DNA of 64,000 nt from the human T2T-CHM13v2.0 reference genome, Homo sapiens. The translations under genes were made by a program, and so were the position numbers. Shown in pieces: positions 44,231 to 58,402 of this stretch. The notes under the pieces are model-generated. The model worked only from the letters and a program-made list of their open reading frames with translations. It was not told the origin of the DNA and ran no database searches. Positions within the stretch are counted from its first letter, which is position 1. Each line of letters begins with the position of its first letter. The stretch lies in the NCBI RefSeq assembly GCF_009914755.1, contig NC_060928.1. One strand, given 5' to 3'.

Positions 44231-46539
44231 GGATGAGGATGGCTAATGATAATCATGATATGACAACAAAAATACTATTTATAAGAATTAATTAGCTTCT
44301 TAAGAGTCTTACAAAGATAAATCCGTTTTCCTTCTCATATGAGGAAATTTTGCATTATTTCTTCTGACAGATATGCTACACAGACTTCACACCCCCAACT
44401 CAAAAGAGTGACCACTTATAAAAAATACGTATTTTGGGGGAAATCTAAAATCTGCCCATAGGAAACAGTCACAGGAAGTTCTTATTCCTTGGCCTCAAGA
44501 ACCTCTCATTTGCCAAAAACGAATAGAAGATCTATAGAACACAAACTAATTTAAAATAAAATTCATTATAACTTTAGTCCAATAGGTGAGGTAAACAAGA
44601 AAGATTACTTCCAAAACATTTCTAATTCATAAGCATTTACGGAATAACTTTCTATATACATGCTCAAAACCATTCCTAAATGTAAGATTTGTTTCTTATA
44701 TACATGTACACAACAACTGAATTATTTAATAATAATTCTGGTAGTTTTTGAATAAGTTTCAAAGTCAGTGCTACAGACAGTGAGTATTCTGGGAGTAAAC
44801 AGAAGGAAGGGACATGGTGGGCAAGGAAGGTTCTGGAAAATAGAGGGTAGATTTCAGCAAGGCATTGAAATATGGGTGATAAGACTGGAATAAGGAGAAG
44901 ATCTGTGCATGGGAGTGAAGCACCCCCTACCAAAGCAAAAAAAAAGAGGAAGGAGAATGCACTAGAGCATACCACATACCAAGTGAGGGAATGGCATTTT
45001 GAGTGACAGAACCAGATTCTCATACATGCTTGTCAGTTGGAGCCAAGCACAAAGAGGGATGAGAAAGAACATTGACCCCACAAAGATGACTGCGTCTCAA
45101 AGGAGGTTTCTAATCTAAAACACAGAACCAGTTTTCCCCAATGTACAGGCTGCCTACTAGAAGTAAATTAATTAACTTTGGAAGTTATTGTTATCTACTT
45201 TGATTTAACTACCATTATGTCTATCTTATTTGATGGGGGACCCAGTGCATGCAAATTTAATTTTCAAAACACACTGTAGCTATAAACATATAACCCAATT
45301 TTGATATTATACATTTATGTCAGTTGCTTACATCCAATCGTACCTACATGTGTATATGTCAGATTAATTTTGAATACCATATTTGGCTATAATATTTTAC
45401 TGTGTTTATTCAGACTTTACAATATCATAATTTCTCCTATCTTCTGAAAATATTAGAGACATCCAAGTCAGGTGTGACCAAATTACATTTGAAAAAATTA
45501 TAATTTACAATTGAATATCTTAAAGTCTATTTGACCAATGTCATTGGAGAATAAAGTTGCTAATATAGAGTGATCCAAACATATGTCATCAAAATACTTT
45601 CTCTGTAAACCATGAAATCCTCATTTTGACATTAATTTTGTGATGTATAGTCAACAGTAATATGATGAAAGAATTTGGAATGGATTATTGTGTTGTTTAA
45701 AAACCTGTACGGAAAACAATGTAATGAATATTGAAGTATGAACAAACTGCTATAATGCTACTGCTGCTGCTGCTGAAAATTATGGTGATGCCTAAACTTA
45801 TTAGCATTCACTACCTACCTGGCACTGTTCTAAGTGCCATACACACATATGCATATATATTTATACTTCTTTACTTTGTTAGTGAGTACAAACACTATAT
45901 AGAGACAACTAGCTTCTAATTTTTTCCAAGATGATGAGTTTCTACATTAATCCTGCATAAATTAATATATAAATATAAGTATGAACATATGCTTATAAAT
46001 GTCCTTACTGAATGTAGTTCTAATGCTTGTGAGGAGATGAACTGAATGGAAATTGAAGAGTAAGGATTATTATATAGTCACAAAAATGAAGAAAATAAAA
46101 ATATTATGAGTATAAAATTACATTAGTTTTCAATTTTTTATTGTGTTTATATATAATTCTATTAAATATGTGATATTAAAATTCAAAGTGAATGGAACAC
46201 TAACTGAATATCTCAGGCCTTTGTGTTATACTGTGCAATTTTTATTTGAAATGTTTACCTGAGTCTTAATTTTGTCATTTTTTTAAAATGGGAGAATTGC
46301 ATTGCTAATATAAAGTGATCCAAACATAACTCATGAAAATGGTTTCACCCTCTCTGTAAACCATGAATTTGCTGTAGCTGTATCTAGATTTTACTAAAAT
46401 TCCCAGATAGATCTAACTAACTTTAATTTACAGTTATGATCAAAAAAGCAGATGACTATGTTGCAAGAACAATCTCTGAAGATTGTGTATTAACATAGCT
46501 TAAAGAGTAATTAATAAATACAGTAAAAACTTAATCTCA

Positions 46540-47490
46540 ACTCCTGGTTTCCTGTCTGGCATGTAAGGAGCTTGGGAGTTGTCACTTCCATTCTCACAAG
46601 AAAAATGCTGAACAAACTAAACATCAACAACTTTTCTTAGATCCATGGGAGAACAGAGATCACAGGACAAACTGCTGCCCCAGAATTGAAAGACAGACAT
46701 TCAGGTACAGAGAATCTCAATTTATAGGAATAGAAACCCAGGGGCAGGAACCACCACAGGAATCAACCAGGGTAAGAAAACCAAACTATAATTGTCAACT
46801 TGCTAGAGGCTAAGTGTGGACAAACTTGAGGGATAAAAGCTGCAGGGGGAAGGGGACCATACCTTCATAAGTTTTACCTTTAGGAGCTCCACCAGGTTCT
46901 CATCGTGAGTGTAGGAAGAAAATCTCTTCATGCTTCTGACACAGGGAGGGAGAAAGTAGCCATTTTTAAATATGTCCAGAACATTCTGTTCTTTTTAACA
47001 AGGCCTGCCTTCAAGGCAAATTATTTTACCAGAGTCTAACCAATCTAGAGGAAGGGAAACACCTGAATTTAGCTTCTACTAGCCTCGGATTTCACTGGGA
47101 GAGGGAGGGCAACTGAGAAGCATATGTGAAGATGACAGCCCAGGGGCACAGGCTCTCTAAAAGACTGAGAACTAATCCTAGGACTATAGAAAACTTCTTT
47201 TCCACACCTTACCACTGCATCAACAGGGCTTCTGTATAACAACAGGGAATTACAGCTGTAATCTGAATATCTCAGGCCTTATTTAGAAGAAATCTCTAGG
47301 GAAATCCAAGAACAACAGAGGAAACAAAAATAAGGACACAAGAGGAAATTTTTGCCTCTGATCTACAACTCCAGGAAACAGTAAACACAGCCTAACGCTT
47401 AGCCAAATAAACATAAAACCTCACACTAAAGTCCTATTTACTTCACTTCCTTTTACCCAATATATCATGTCTGGCTTTCAATACAACTTA
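46540..47490 (+). mobile_element. L1MC/L1M4-type 5' end
   Basis: Homologous by eye to the reverse complement of 14900-15440 (gtcacttccattct...aaaatgctgaaca; gccatttttaaatatgtccagaacattctgttct). Confidence 0.75.
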
Positions 47491-48190
47491 ATTTCATGCA
47501 TTTAAGGAGGGTCATCATTGTCATTCTGCTGTTTGGTCTTAGGCACAGAAGACCAAATATATTAAATGTATATATTATACACACATACTTATTCATTCAT
47601 TTATTTATAATTGTGTTACCTTTATATGGTCAGAGGGTTAACATTTTCTTTCTTTCCTCATCTTATTAATTCACTAGCATCAAAGGCCACAGATTTACTG
47701 ACACCAGGTGAAGATTTTTTCTTCATACACTAAAGTTGTCATCAATCTTCACTCCTAGCCTCTTACTTTATTATTCCCTCTTCACTGCCACCAACTTATC
47801 TCAGGTTTGAGGCAGTGTCTGAAGCAGGAGCTCCAGCTACTTTCTAGAAGAGCAGCCACAGGATGCTAGGCACCAAAGGCCTTTCAGATAGTGGTAACTG
47901 ACCCATGAGATTGTGGACAATTTGCTGCCATAAGGCCTTCTTGACATTTCTCAGAGTGACACTTCGTGAAATTAAGGACAGGCAAGGGAGGCTCACCCTA
48001 TTGACAAGAATAGGACTGTGACTGCCTTGCCTGATGACTCTTGATAGGAACAGTGGAAACTATTCTATTCAGTCAAATTATTAGATTTCATTTAAAAATG
48101 AATTCATTGTGCATTCCTGGAATGCTAAGACCATGTCACATGCCTCTGTGCATCCCACACAGCTAGTTAGTACTCAGTAAAAATCACTGA

Positions 48191-48505
48191 GGCTGGACTC
48201 AGTGGCTCACACCTGTAATCCCAGAACTTTGGGAGGCTGAAGTGGACAGAGTTCGTGAGTTCGAGAGCAGCTTGGCCAACATGGTGAAACCCTGTCTCTA
48301 CTAAAAATACAAAAATTATCCAGGCATGGTGGCGCATGCCTGTAGTTCAAGTTACTCAGGAGGCTGAGGCAGGCGAATTGCTTGAGCCCAGGAGGCAGAG
48401 GTTTCAGAGAGCTAAGAATGCGCTACTGCACTCCAACTTGGGCAACAGAGTGAGACTCCATCTACAAATAAATAAATAAATTAATTAAAAAAAAAAAAAG
48501 AAAAA
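48191..48505 (+). mobile_element. Alu (AluS-type)
   Basis: TSD aaaaatca(c/t)tga. Confidence 0.93.
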
Positions 48506-49224
48506 AAAAATCATTGAAAGGAGTCTTGGGTTCTGAGGCATGAAGTCATAAAGGAGATTTGAGAGGGTGGCCCAGGCACTGCCTGAGGTCTTTGGGTCCC
48601 TCTCAAGCAGTGTCTCTATTCCTTATCACTCTGTCATCACCTGGGCCTCTCTCTGTTCACCTGTGCCATTCCATGCTTCATGCTTTCCATGTGTCCATAA
48701 CACTGTGAACACATCCAGGATACAATGCCTTCAACAATGGGGATCTCAGTGGACACTGAGAAATTTATAAAATGAACCACAGTTAAGACTGAAATTAATC
48801 ATTACTGGATCAAAAATTAACTATAATGAAGTGTTTGAAGATGAGCAGCATCTGTCCACCACAAACAAGACTGGAGTCTAGAAACCAGAGTAAAGGCAGA
48901 AATTTGAGGTATATCACTCACCTCTAAGAATATCATCATGATTATGACTATATCAGCTCTGAGGACATTAGAATACCACTATATCAAAAGGTAGCCCAAG
49001 TCCTTAAAACCACACTCAAAAGCATTTCTGGATACCAGGAGCTGCTAATGTGGTTGGTGAAATCATGTCCCAGGCATGTACTTCCAGTAAATACATGAAA
49101 AATATCCCTGATTTTACCCTAAAAAGTGTTATTCTCACACCAATGTTATCAGAGCTTCAACTATATTTTAAGTAGAATCTTGAAATACATTGTAATAAAG
49201 AACCCTGAAAATAATGTTAACTTC

Positions 49225-49440
49225 AAAAATAATAACAAGCAGTGAGTATTTACTAAGCACCAGGAACTGTGTTATTCGATTTATAGGCATTCTCTCATTT
49301 ATCAGTCACAACAATTTTATGAGAAATATACTAAAATTATTCCCAATTTACAGATGAGTAATCTGAGATGTAAGGAGGTTAATTACCTTGCTTGTAATCA
49401 GCTGAGAGCTAAAGCTTGAATTCAGCATTGTTAAACGCAT
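49225..49440 (-). mobile_element. MIR
   Basis: tatttactaagcac...cccaatttacagatgag. Confidence 0.7.
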
Positions 49441-49549
49441 CCTCTTAAATAGTGTGTGTTAGCTCAGGTCTTCCAAGAAATCGACTTCAAGAAGGTTTTA
49501 GCCGTGTAAAGTTTTTCTTTTCTTTTTTTCTTTTTTCTTTTTTTTTTTA

Positions 49550-50160
49550 GGGAAACCGTCTGTGCGAGAGCAAAAGAGCTAAAGAAGCATGAGCGCCATA
49601 GGGCACAAGGCCAGAGTGACCTGGCGAAGGCGCCGGGGCTGGCGGGGCTGGCGGGGCTGGCGGGGCTGGCGGGGCGGCGGGGGAGCCCGGAGTCCCTGGG
49701 GGCAGGCGGTCGTCAGGGAGGGGTCTGTTGAGGCGGGCGGCGCGGGGCCCCAGGGAGACGCGTTGCCTTTGCTATTGGAGGGGCAAAATCTAACTTATCA
49801 GGAGGATTTTCATTTCTCAAGATAGAAACCTGAAAACCCACAGCCTGAGTTCCCGGAGCTGCTAACTCCCTCTCCTGCCACAGAGGCGTGGAAACGCCGT
49901 GGGGTCGGAGTAGCTTCCACTAGGAGCCCCGCGGTCCCCAGCGCCCAGGAGAGGAGGCCTGCGCGGCTTCTCCCCGCGCCCCAAAGAACGTTCTTCTGCA
50001 GATAGTCCCCTGGGTTCCCAGAAAGCCCTCACTTGAGAGAGGGGCTTCTCCTGGCCATCTTCCAGAAAGTTCTCCATGAGGCATTTCCTGCGCCCTGGAG
50101 CCCATGGAAACAGGCAGGCAGTTGCAGGAGGGCGTCCTCGCTGAACACGAGGCTGGGACA
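49550..50160. promoter_or_regulatory. CpG island with tandem GC boxes; candidate promoter
   Basis: Only CpG-dense segment in the window; (CGGGGCTGG)4 at ~49634-49670; no associated coding exon found. Confidence 0.7.
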
Positions 50161-52129
50161 CCAGCGGCTCTTCATCTTCCCTCTCTGATATTTTCTGTTG
50201 CCCCAGTCAAGCCAACCTTTGTTTTCCCACGAAATAAAGACAAATACGACAACCGTTTCCTTGATTTTGTTCAAGCCTCAGGAAAGGCGGGCTTTGTCCA
50301 CCGTCCTGCACCCACTTAGACAGGGACTGGGCCAGGTGTGACGTGTTAATCTTCTGAGCTCTGGCTCCAGCTTAGGCTGTGTGCACACAATATGCATGCA
50401 AGGGCACTCAGTGGAGCCTTTGGAATATATAACATATATTCTTGTATATCAACACGCACACAGTAACATACATACATGTTCATTAAACTACCTGAACGAA
50501 AGGGTGAACCCTGCTTCTCCCTGGCGGGCCGAGCACCACAACGCAATGCATGCATCATTTATCAGCTTTTGACCTCTCTATGGTGTTCGCCTGATGACTT
50601 CGGGACATACCTTCTGCTCTCCCACCACCTCCCAATGCAAATTGGAGAATGAACAAATGGAAAATATATGGGACAACTCTCATTTGTGACTAACAGGAAC
50701 AGAGTGACAGAAGAAGCTCAATGGAACAAGAGGCAGTTGGACTCTTGGACGCTGGGAACAAACTGCCCCAGCTTCTCATCTCAGCTAAGGGCAGCCACGC
50801 AGTGGGGAGTTAGCCAACTTGAAGAAATTGAGGTAGAATTCTGGACAAAACAGTAACCAAAGCTTAAAGCCTTCAAATGAAATGTATTTTTGCATTTAGT
50901 CTTATTTTTTAAAGGAAGAATTGCCTTGCCAGATTATATTGTTTTATATAAATTTGTTTGCTTGCTTAAGGACAGGTAATATTTTTACTATTGTCTTGAA
51001 AGTAGTGTTTAATTTTACTGCTTCTATAGAACTCAAAATGATTCACTCTTTCATGATCTATCACTGTCTCTTGCAAAGGGTAAGGATTGGCTTTTTAAAG
51101 AGCAGAGATTTCACAGTTAGTACTTCCATAAAGCAGTGTTTAAACTGCCAAATATGGCATAAAAAATAAATTTTCGTCCTCCTCCAATGTCTCAAATTCA
51201 TCAGGATTGTGTGCTGTGGGTGGAAGTGGAGGAGGAAGGGAAGGGCGGTGGTGAGGGAGAGTTGAAAGGCCAGGAGTTCTGAGGTTATAAATATACAGTA
51301 CAATAACCCGAGGTCACAACCAATGCTGAGACAGCAGCAGCACTCCAGGTTGAGGGGCAGACCTCGGAATGCTTGGAGTTTCTGTTCACTCATGCTTTCT
51401 TCCCTCCCCGCCCTCAAATCTAGCCAGCAATGAAATCCTTCAAACCACTTACAGTTAGGAAAGCTCAAGACATTCCACAAGTTCCTGGTTTTGACATGGT
51501 TAAAAATAACAGAAAATAAAAAGGGATCTCACAGAATTTATAGTTCTAGAGCTGTGGAATAGAATCAAGAAATATAGAATGATGATGGTATTTAGCTCTT
51601 ACACAGAGCTTTTCATGTTCAAAGGACACAATAAACAAAAACTAATTTTCACTGCAATGTTGTGAAGAAGTACACAAGTATTATGTTCGTTTTATGACTA
51701 TAGGACCTGAGACCAGCCCACAGAGGCCCAAAAGAACCTTGGAAAGTGGCCTCCATGGGCTTTGTTGGTGTAGGTGGTTTAGTCTTTCCTCCAGTTTTTT
51801 TTATTTTTCTCTTGTCTCCTGCATATTGCTGTTAGTTTAACACTCCTTGGAATTCAGTTTTACAACACTGGCAGCTTCTAAAGATATATGTATATCTGCT
51901 TACCAGATGGAAGGCAGGCCTCTGTAACAGATATGAGACAGGCCTGGATTGGAATCCCAGCTCTGTTACCTCCTCTGTGTCCTTGGCTAAGACTCAGTTT
52001 TCTCATCAATTACACGGCGAGCCATTGCAACTTCCGTTTTCTCCTAGCCACTAAAACTAAGGACTTCCCTTCCATATTTCAGCCACCCCCCGAAGTTTTC
52101 CAGAACCCACTTTCTCCATTCTCCTTCTG

Positions 52130-52494
52130 TGGGCTCTGTGTCCCCACCCAAATCTCATCTTGAATTGTAATTCCCATAATCCCCACGCATTGAGGGAGGG
52201 ACAAGGTGGGAGGTGATTGGATCATGGGGGCAGTTTCTCCCATGCTGTTTTCATGATAGTGAGTGAGTTCTCATATGGTCTGATGGTTTTATATGGCAGT
52301 TCTCCCTGCTCTTGCTAGCTCCCTCTTGTTGCCATGTGAAGAAGGTCTTTGCTCCCACTTGGCTTCTGCCATGATTGTAAGTTTCCTGAGACCTCCCCAG
52401 CCATGCGGAACTGTGAGTCAATTAAACCTCTTTTCTTTATAAATAACCCAGTCTAGGGCAGTTTTTGATAGCAGTGTGAAAATAGACTAATATA
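52130..52494 (+). mobile_element. THE1D-like solo LTR
   Basis: ggctctgtgtccccacccaaatctcatcttgaattgtaattcccataatcccc...gactaatata. Confidence 0.88.
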
Positions 52495-53236
52495 CCTTCT
52501 TTGCTAATACATCCCAGAGCCTATTAATTGAAAGAGAGAGCACAAGTAAGAGACTGATCCCAAATTGGGTTGTGCCTCAGAATTAGTTGGAAGGCTTGTT
52601 AAACCCATCAAGGTCCCAGCCCCATCCCTAAAGATTCTGACCCCATAAGGGCCCTAGAATTTTCTTGTTATTGTTTTGTTTCATTTCATTTTTAAATATC
52701 CAGGTAATTTTGATGCAACCCAGAATATTATACCAGCAACCAAATCTCTCTTAGCACCCTCAGCTCCAGGATTAAGGACCTGCTAGGAGGTTTCCAGCAT
52801 AATGCTGCCTTCTGTCTTATCACCCTCCCTGACTTTAAACCTGAGGTCAGCCTTTCCAAATCAGTGCGCCTCATTTCTAACCCTTGTTCTCTACTTGAAA
52901 TGAAAGGAAGCAGAGTGATGTTAAGAACAACCTTGAGGAGGAAGAAGAAAGGGGAGAGAACAAGGGCATTGCTTTTGCAAGGGGAAGGAGACTCCCGTGT
53001 CAGTGCAAGGACTTGCATGTCCTGGAAAATCAGTCTTGACTTCTTTGTTTGTTCATATGATTTTACCTTTTAAAATTTAGCAAATACTTTTTGAGTGTGC
53101 ATTATATGCTGGGCACTATGACAAGCATCAAGGAAACAATGAATGAGATGGAGGCTGCCCACAAGATGTTCACAGCATAAAGGAGAAGAGAGAGAAAAAC
53201 CACAAACTAAAACATGATCTTATAAGTACATATGCT

Positions 53237-53527
53237 GGCCGGGCATGGTGGCTCACACCTGTAATCCCAGCACTCTGGGATGCCTAGGTGGAAGGATCAC
53301 TTGAGAGCAGGAGTTTTGAGACCAGCCTGCACAACATGGTGAAACCCCATCTCTACTAAAAATACAAAATCAGCTGCGTGTGGTGGCTCATGTCCGTAAT
53401 CCCAGCTACTCAGGAGGCTGAGGCAGGTGAATCGCATATACCTGGGAGACAGAAGCTTCAATGAGCTAAGATCAAGTCACTGCACTCCAGCCTGGATGAC
53501 AGAGTGAGACCGCATCTCAAAAAAAAA
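53237..53527 (+). mobile_element. Alu
   Basis: TSD aagtacatatgct at 53224-53236 and 53528-53540. Confidence 0.95.
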
Positions 53528-54579
53528 AAGTACATATGCTGAAGAAAGCACATATGGATTGGGAACACAGAGGAAGGAACAATTAGGATAAGGGAACAGA
53601 GAAGTCATAGTGGATAAGATGTCACATTGAGAGGGACATGAAAGTTAAATTCATGAGAGGTGGAAAGGCATGTAAATCAGAGAGAAGTTATCAGCAAAGA
53701 TCCTGAAGCATGAAAATGCCCAGATCCCTAACATCTGTCTTAAACCATTAGCCCACCCAAGACAGGACAAGGCCCTGCCACTTGAATGGAAGAAGCACAC
53801 AGCCATGAGAACATTCTCAGGTTTACCTAACTTTTTTTTTTTTTTCAAACTTTCATGTTTTCAAACTAATTTTCAGCATCACATTGAAATTTCAGGGAAA
53901 CAATTTCAGTACTTTCATTTAAGATTCTGCTTTAGTAATATTCACTAAATAATAGATAGTTGAGTCATTAATGATTTCCTAGAACTCCCCAATTTTGTGA
54001 CTTGCTTTGCTGCTATTTGTGTTGGGTAATTCCTTACATGCTCCATAGGTTAGTAGTATCCGTGTCATTTTATAGATGAGGGAACAGGCATGGAAATTTG
54101 GAGACTTTTCTAAGTTTATAAGTATCAAATAAGAATCAAATTAATTATCTGACAATATGTTCCATTTAAGTATACAGAAAACTTGTGTGAATAAACTTTA
54201 AATGAAGAGTTAGAAAGCTGGATTTTCATTTCATTACTACTATAATCTCACTGAAGAAAATCTATTAACCTTTTGCAGCCTATTTTTGTCATTTGTAAAA
54301 TGGAGTTAATAATACCTGCCTTGGATCCTCTTCTCATAAACCTTGAAAAGGTAAATGAGATAACTTTGATGTGATGCTTTGCATGCAGAAGCAGAGCACA
54401 AAATAAATACAAGGCATGGCTTTTATCACTAGCAGTTAAATGACCCAGCTAGGCCACAGCATCAAAGGGATACCATAACCATTTTTTAAAAAGAATAAGA
54501 GGTAGTTTCCGATATAAGTAACAAGAGGCGGGAAATTATTTTTATCAGCTGACTTTACCTATTTTAAAAGGAGAAATAA

Positions 54580-55185
54580 AAACATTAAATGTAGGATTAT
54601 CATATGATCCAGCAATATCACTTCTGGGTATATACCCAAAAGAAGTGAAAGCAGGGACTTGAACAGTTATTTGTAGACCACATTTTAGCAGCATTACTTA
54701 CAATAGCCAAACGATGGAAACAACTCAAATGTCCATTGACACATGAATGGATAAATACAGTGTAATATAAACCACATTGGAATATATGATGCAATATCAT
54801 TCACCGTTAAAATGAAAGCAGATTCTGATACATGTTACAACATGGATGAATCTTGAGGACATTATACTAAGTGAAAATGAAACAGTCACAAAAAGGCAGA
54901 TGCTGTAGGATTCCACTTATATAAGGTACCTAGAGTAGCCATAGAGACAGAAAGTAGAATGTTGGCTGCCAGGAGGTCAGGGAGAGGAGAATGAGGGGTT
55001 ATTGTTTAATGGGTATGGAGTTTTAATTTGGGGTGATGAAAAAATTCTGTAGATGGATGGTGGTGAGGGTGGCAGAACAATGTGAATGTACCTAATGCCA
55101 CTGAACTGCATACTTAAAAATGGTTAAAATGCTAAATATTCTGTTATGTGTATTTTATCCCAATAATAATAATAATAATAAATCT
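54580..55185 (+). mobile_element. L1MB-type 3' end with (AAT)n tail
   Basis: catatgatccagcaat...atgtacctaatgccactgaactg...aaaaatggttaaaatg. Confidence 0.88.
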
Positions 55186-56671
55186 AGCTCATAAAAAGGA
55201 GGAAGAGAACAAGCCCACACTCAACTCAGAGTTTAGAGATCTAAATTGGCTTCCAGCTTAATTTCACTGTTACATATCTTGGATAAGATACATAGGTTCT
55301 CCTCAGTTTTCATTTCTATTATATAAAGACAATAGTACCTTCTTTACATGTTGTAAGGATTAAATACACATAAAATATTCTATAAACTCTGACTTCTATA
55401 CAATATAAAATATTGTATTCTATCTTACCAGTTTGGGAAGTGAACAATTTTAGAAGCAAAGAAACCTGAGATTCAAAGAAGGCTGTGAGTGGCAGAGCCT
55501 GGTCTGGGACTGAAGGTTCTTGCATCCACTCCAGCACAGCCTGCTGCCTTTCTTATTGCTTTGTTTTCTTAGGAAAGCAAAACAAAGTGAAGCCAGCCCC
55601 AAGTAGCCTACCACCACCATCTGACTTACTGGTCCTCATACAAATTCTTCTCAGGTTGGCAGTGCCGGGAATTTAATGATAGACTGAGGAGAAGAAACAT
55701 TTCTTTCTGTGGGGACACTTGGAAAAAACTATCCTCTTGTTTATCTGGATTCTCTTTTATTTCATAAATCATGTCATTCATTCATCCCAGTTGACCTACC
55801 TCAGTTCATTTAATTTTTCATCCTGCAAAATGTTCTTAATGTCTTGGTTCCTAAGGAAAAAGTTTTGGGAGTGGAGAGGGGAAGATGTTCAGCCTTCTCA
55901 GTGCTGAGGCTGGGAGAAGGGCAGGGTTAAATGTGACCCATCACCTCTCGCTTTGGCCAGAACAGACCCCTGTCAGTTAGCCACAGGGCCAAGAGACTGC
56001 ATAAAGCTCCACACCTGCACTCCTCATGTCCTTATCCCCATGGCAGTATAAGCCATATCACGTTTCATGTTCCAACTCATGTTCCAAAGGAGCAGCTCTC
56101 AATTTCTAGGGAGTCAGGGTAAAGTAGGGCATTTGGCACCAATGACAGATATAATTGTGTGTGTATGATACTCTTTTACTCATTAACAACGGCAACAGGA
56201 GCTGCTAAAAATCTTACAGAACAAGATTCATTTTTTTAAAAGAGTCTTTACAGATCCTGAGTCCATTTTGTGGAATCTCTGAGTGAACTTACACAAAGGA
56301 TTTAAGTCTGTTTTCCCAGCACTGAATCTACATGGGTGAGGACCCAAGCCAGTCTGCTTAGAGACCTTGGAGATGAAAGGCCCAGCCAGGACAGCCAGCC
56401 AAACCCGCTGGAAGCTGGCCCTGCCACAAATGGAGCCAAAGGTTGGATTATTCCTGCTAGAATTTTCTTTTTCTGAAGGACTGGAATGTCATAGGAATAA
56501 GAAGTCCTGGTGAAGAAAAGTCACCTGTAACCTATGCCACCACTAAGCATTAATCATTATTTTCATCATCCTTGTGGCAAAATTGTCATTGGACATATGA
56601 GGATAGGTAATATACTAGATATTTACAAGTTGATACTGCCAACCAAAAATAAACAAACAACAACAAAATGG

Positions 56672-56879
56672 ATTGCTGGGACTACAGACATGTACCACCA
56701 CGCCCGGCTAATTTTTTTTGTATTTTTTGTTTTTGTTTTTGTTTTTTTTTTGTATTTTTAGTAGAGTCGGGGTTTCACCATGTTGACCAGGCTGGTGTCA
56801 AACTCCTGACCTCAAATGATCTGCCTGCTTTGGCCTCCCAAATTGCTGGGATTACAGGCGTGAGCCACCATGCCCGGCC
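56672..56879 (-). mobile_element. Alu, partial (left arm, linker, start of right arm)
   Basis: Antisense Alu truncated at gctgggactacag. Confidence 0.9.
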
Positions 56880-57178
56880 TGTTGCACACTTCCTATGAGG
56901 CTGTATTGCCTAATAATCTGTCACTGTCTCCCATCACCCGCAGATGGGACTGTCTTGCTGCAGGAAAACAAGCCCAGGGCTCCCACTGATTCTGCATTAT
57001 GGTGAGTTATATAATTATTTCATTATATATTACAATGTAATAATAACTAAAATAAAATGCACAATAAACTTAATGTACTCGAATCATCCTGAAACCATCC
57101 CCTGCCCCTCACTGATTCATGGAAAAATTGTCTTCTGTGAAACCACTCCTTGGTGCCAAAAAGGTTGGGGACTGCTGC
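56880..57178 (+). mobile_element. MER1A (hAT-Charlie), left end missing
   Basis: atctgtcactgtctcccatcaccc...aaaaaggttggggactgctg terminus. Confidence 0.88.
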
Positions 57179-57664
57179 TATGCACTGTAGTCAACTAAAG
57201 TAACAGCATCCTAAAACCTGTTAACCCTTAACATAATCCTATTTCAACTTCCATTTATCTTGTTAAATCTGTAAATTCACTTTGAATCTCTTTTAATTTT
57301 TTTAAATTAAAATTGAATTGGTGGCTTACATAAAACATTCACCCACATAAACCACATTCTGGGTCATAAAACACACCTAAACACATTTAAATGAATAGAA
57401 ATCATACAAAGTATGTTCTCAGACCAGAGTGGAATTAAATCTGAAATCAATAACAGAGAGATAGTTATAATATTCCAAAATATTTAGATATCAAATGATA
57501 TACTTCTAAGTAACAGATGAGTCAAATAAGAAGTCTCGAGAAATTTTAAAATATTTTGCACCAAATGAAAATTAAAAATACAACATCAAAATTTGTGGGA
57601 TCCAGGAAAAGCAATAATTAGATGGAGATTTATAGTACTGAATGCATATATTAGAAAAAATGGA

Positions 57665-57990
57665 GGCTGGACACAGTGGCTCATGCCTGTAATCTCAGTA
57701 CTTTGGGAGGTTGAGGCACACAGGTCTCTTGAGCCCAGGAGTTCAAGACCAGCCTGGGCAACATGGTAAAACCTCATCTCTACTAAAAATACACAAACTA
57801 GCTGGCGGTGGTGGTGTGGACCTATAGTCTCAACCACTTGGGAGGCTGAGGTGGGAGGATGGTTGAATCTGGGAGATAAGGTTGCAGTGAGCCAAGATTG
57901 TGCCACTGCACTCCAGCCTGGATGACAGAGCCAAACCTTGTCAAAAAAAAAAAAAAAAAAAAAAAAAAAAGAAATAAATAAATAAAAGAG
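57665..57990 (+). mobile_element. Alu (AluJ-type)
   Basis: Dimer with long poly(A). Confidence 0.93.
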
Positions 57991-58402
57991 AAGGAAAAAA
58001 GAAGGATCTAAAATCAATAATCTAAGATTCCACCTTAGGAAACTAGAAAAAGAAAGCAATTTATACCTAAAGCAACAAAAAACTAATAAAAATTAAAGCA
58101 AATATCAATGAAATTGAAAACAGGAAATCAATAGAGAAATTAATGAAACTAGAAGCTGGTTCATTGGAAAGATCAATAAAACAGATGAACTTCTAGCCCA
58201 GCTAACCAAGAATAAAAGAGAAAAGACATAAATTGTCAATATCTGAAATGAAAGAGAGATCATAACTACTGATCCCATGGACACTAAAATGATAATTAAG
58301 GAATATTATTAATAACCCTATGCCCATAAATTTGATCACTTAGATTAGATGGACTAATTCCTTGAAAGACCACAACTACCAAAACTTGCATAGGAAGAAA
58401 TA

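Noticed and set aside
49634-49683. 9-mer repeat as CRISPR array or RGW-repeat protein
   Set aside because: No spacers, primate context; simple GC-rich tandem repeat.
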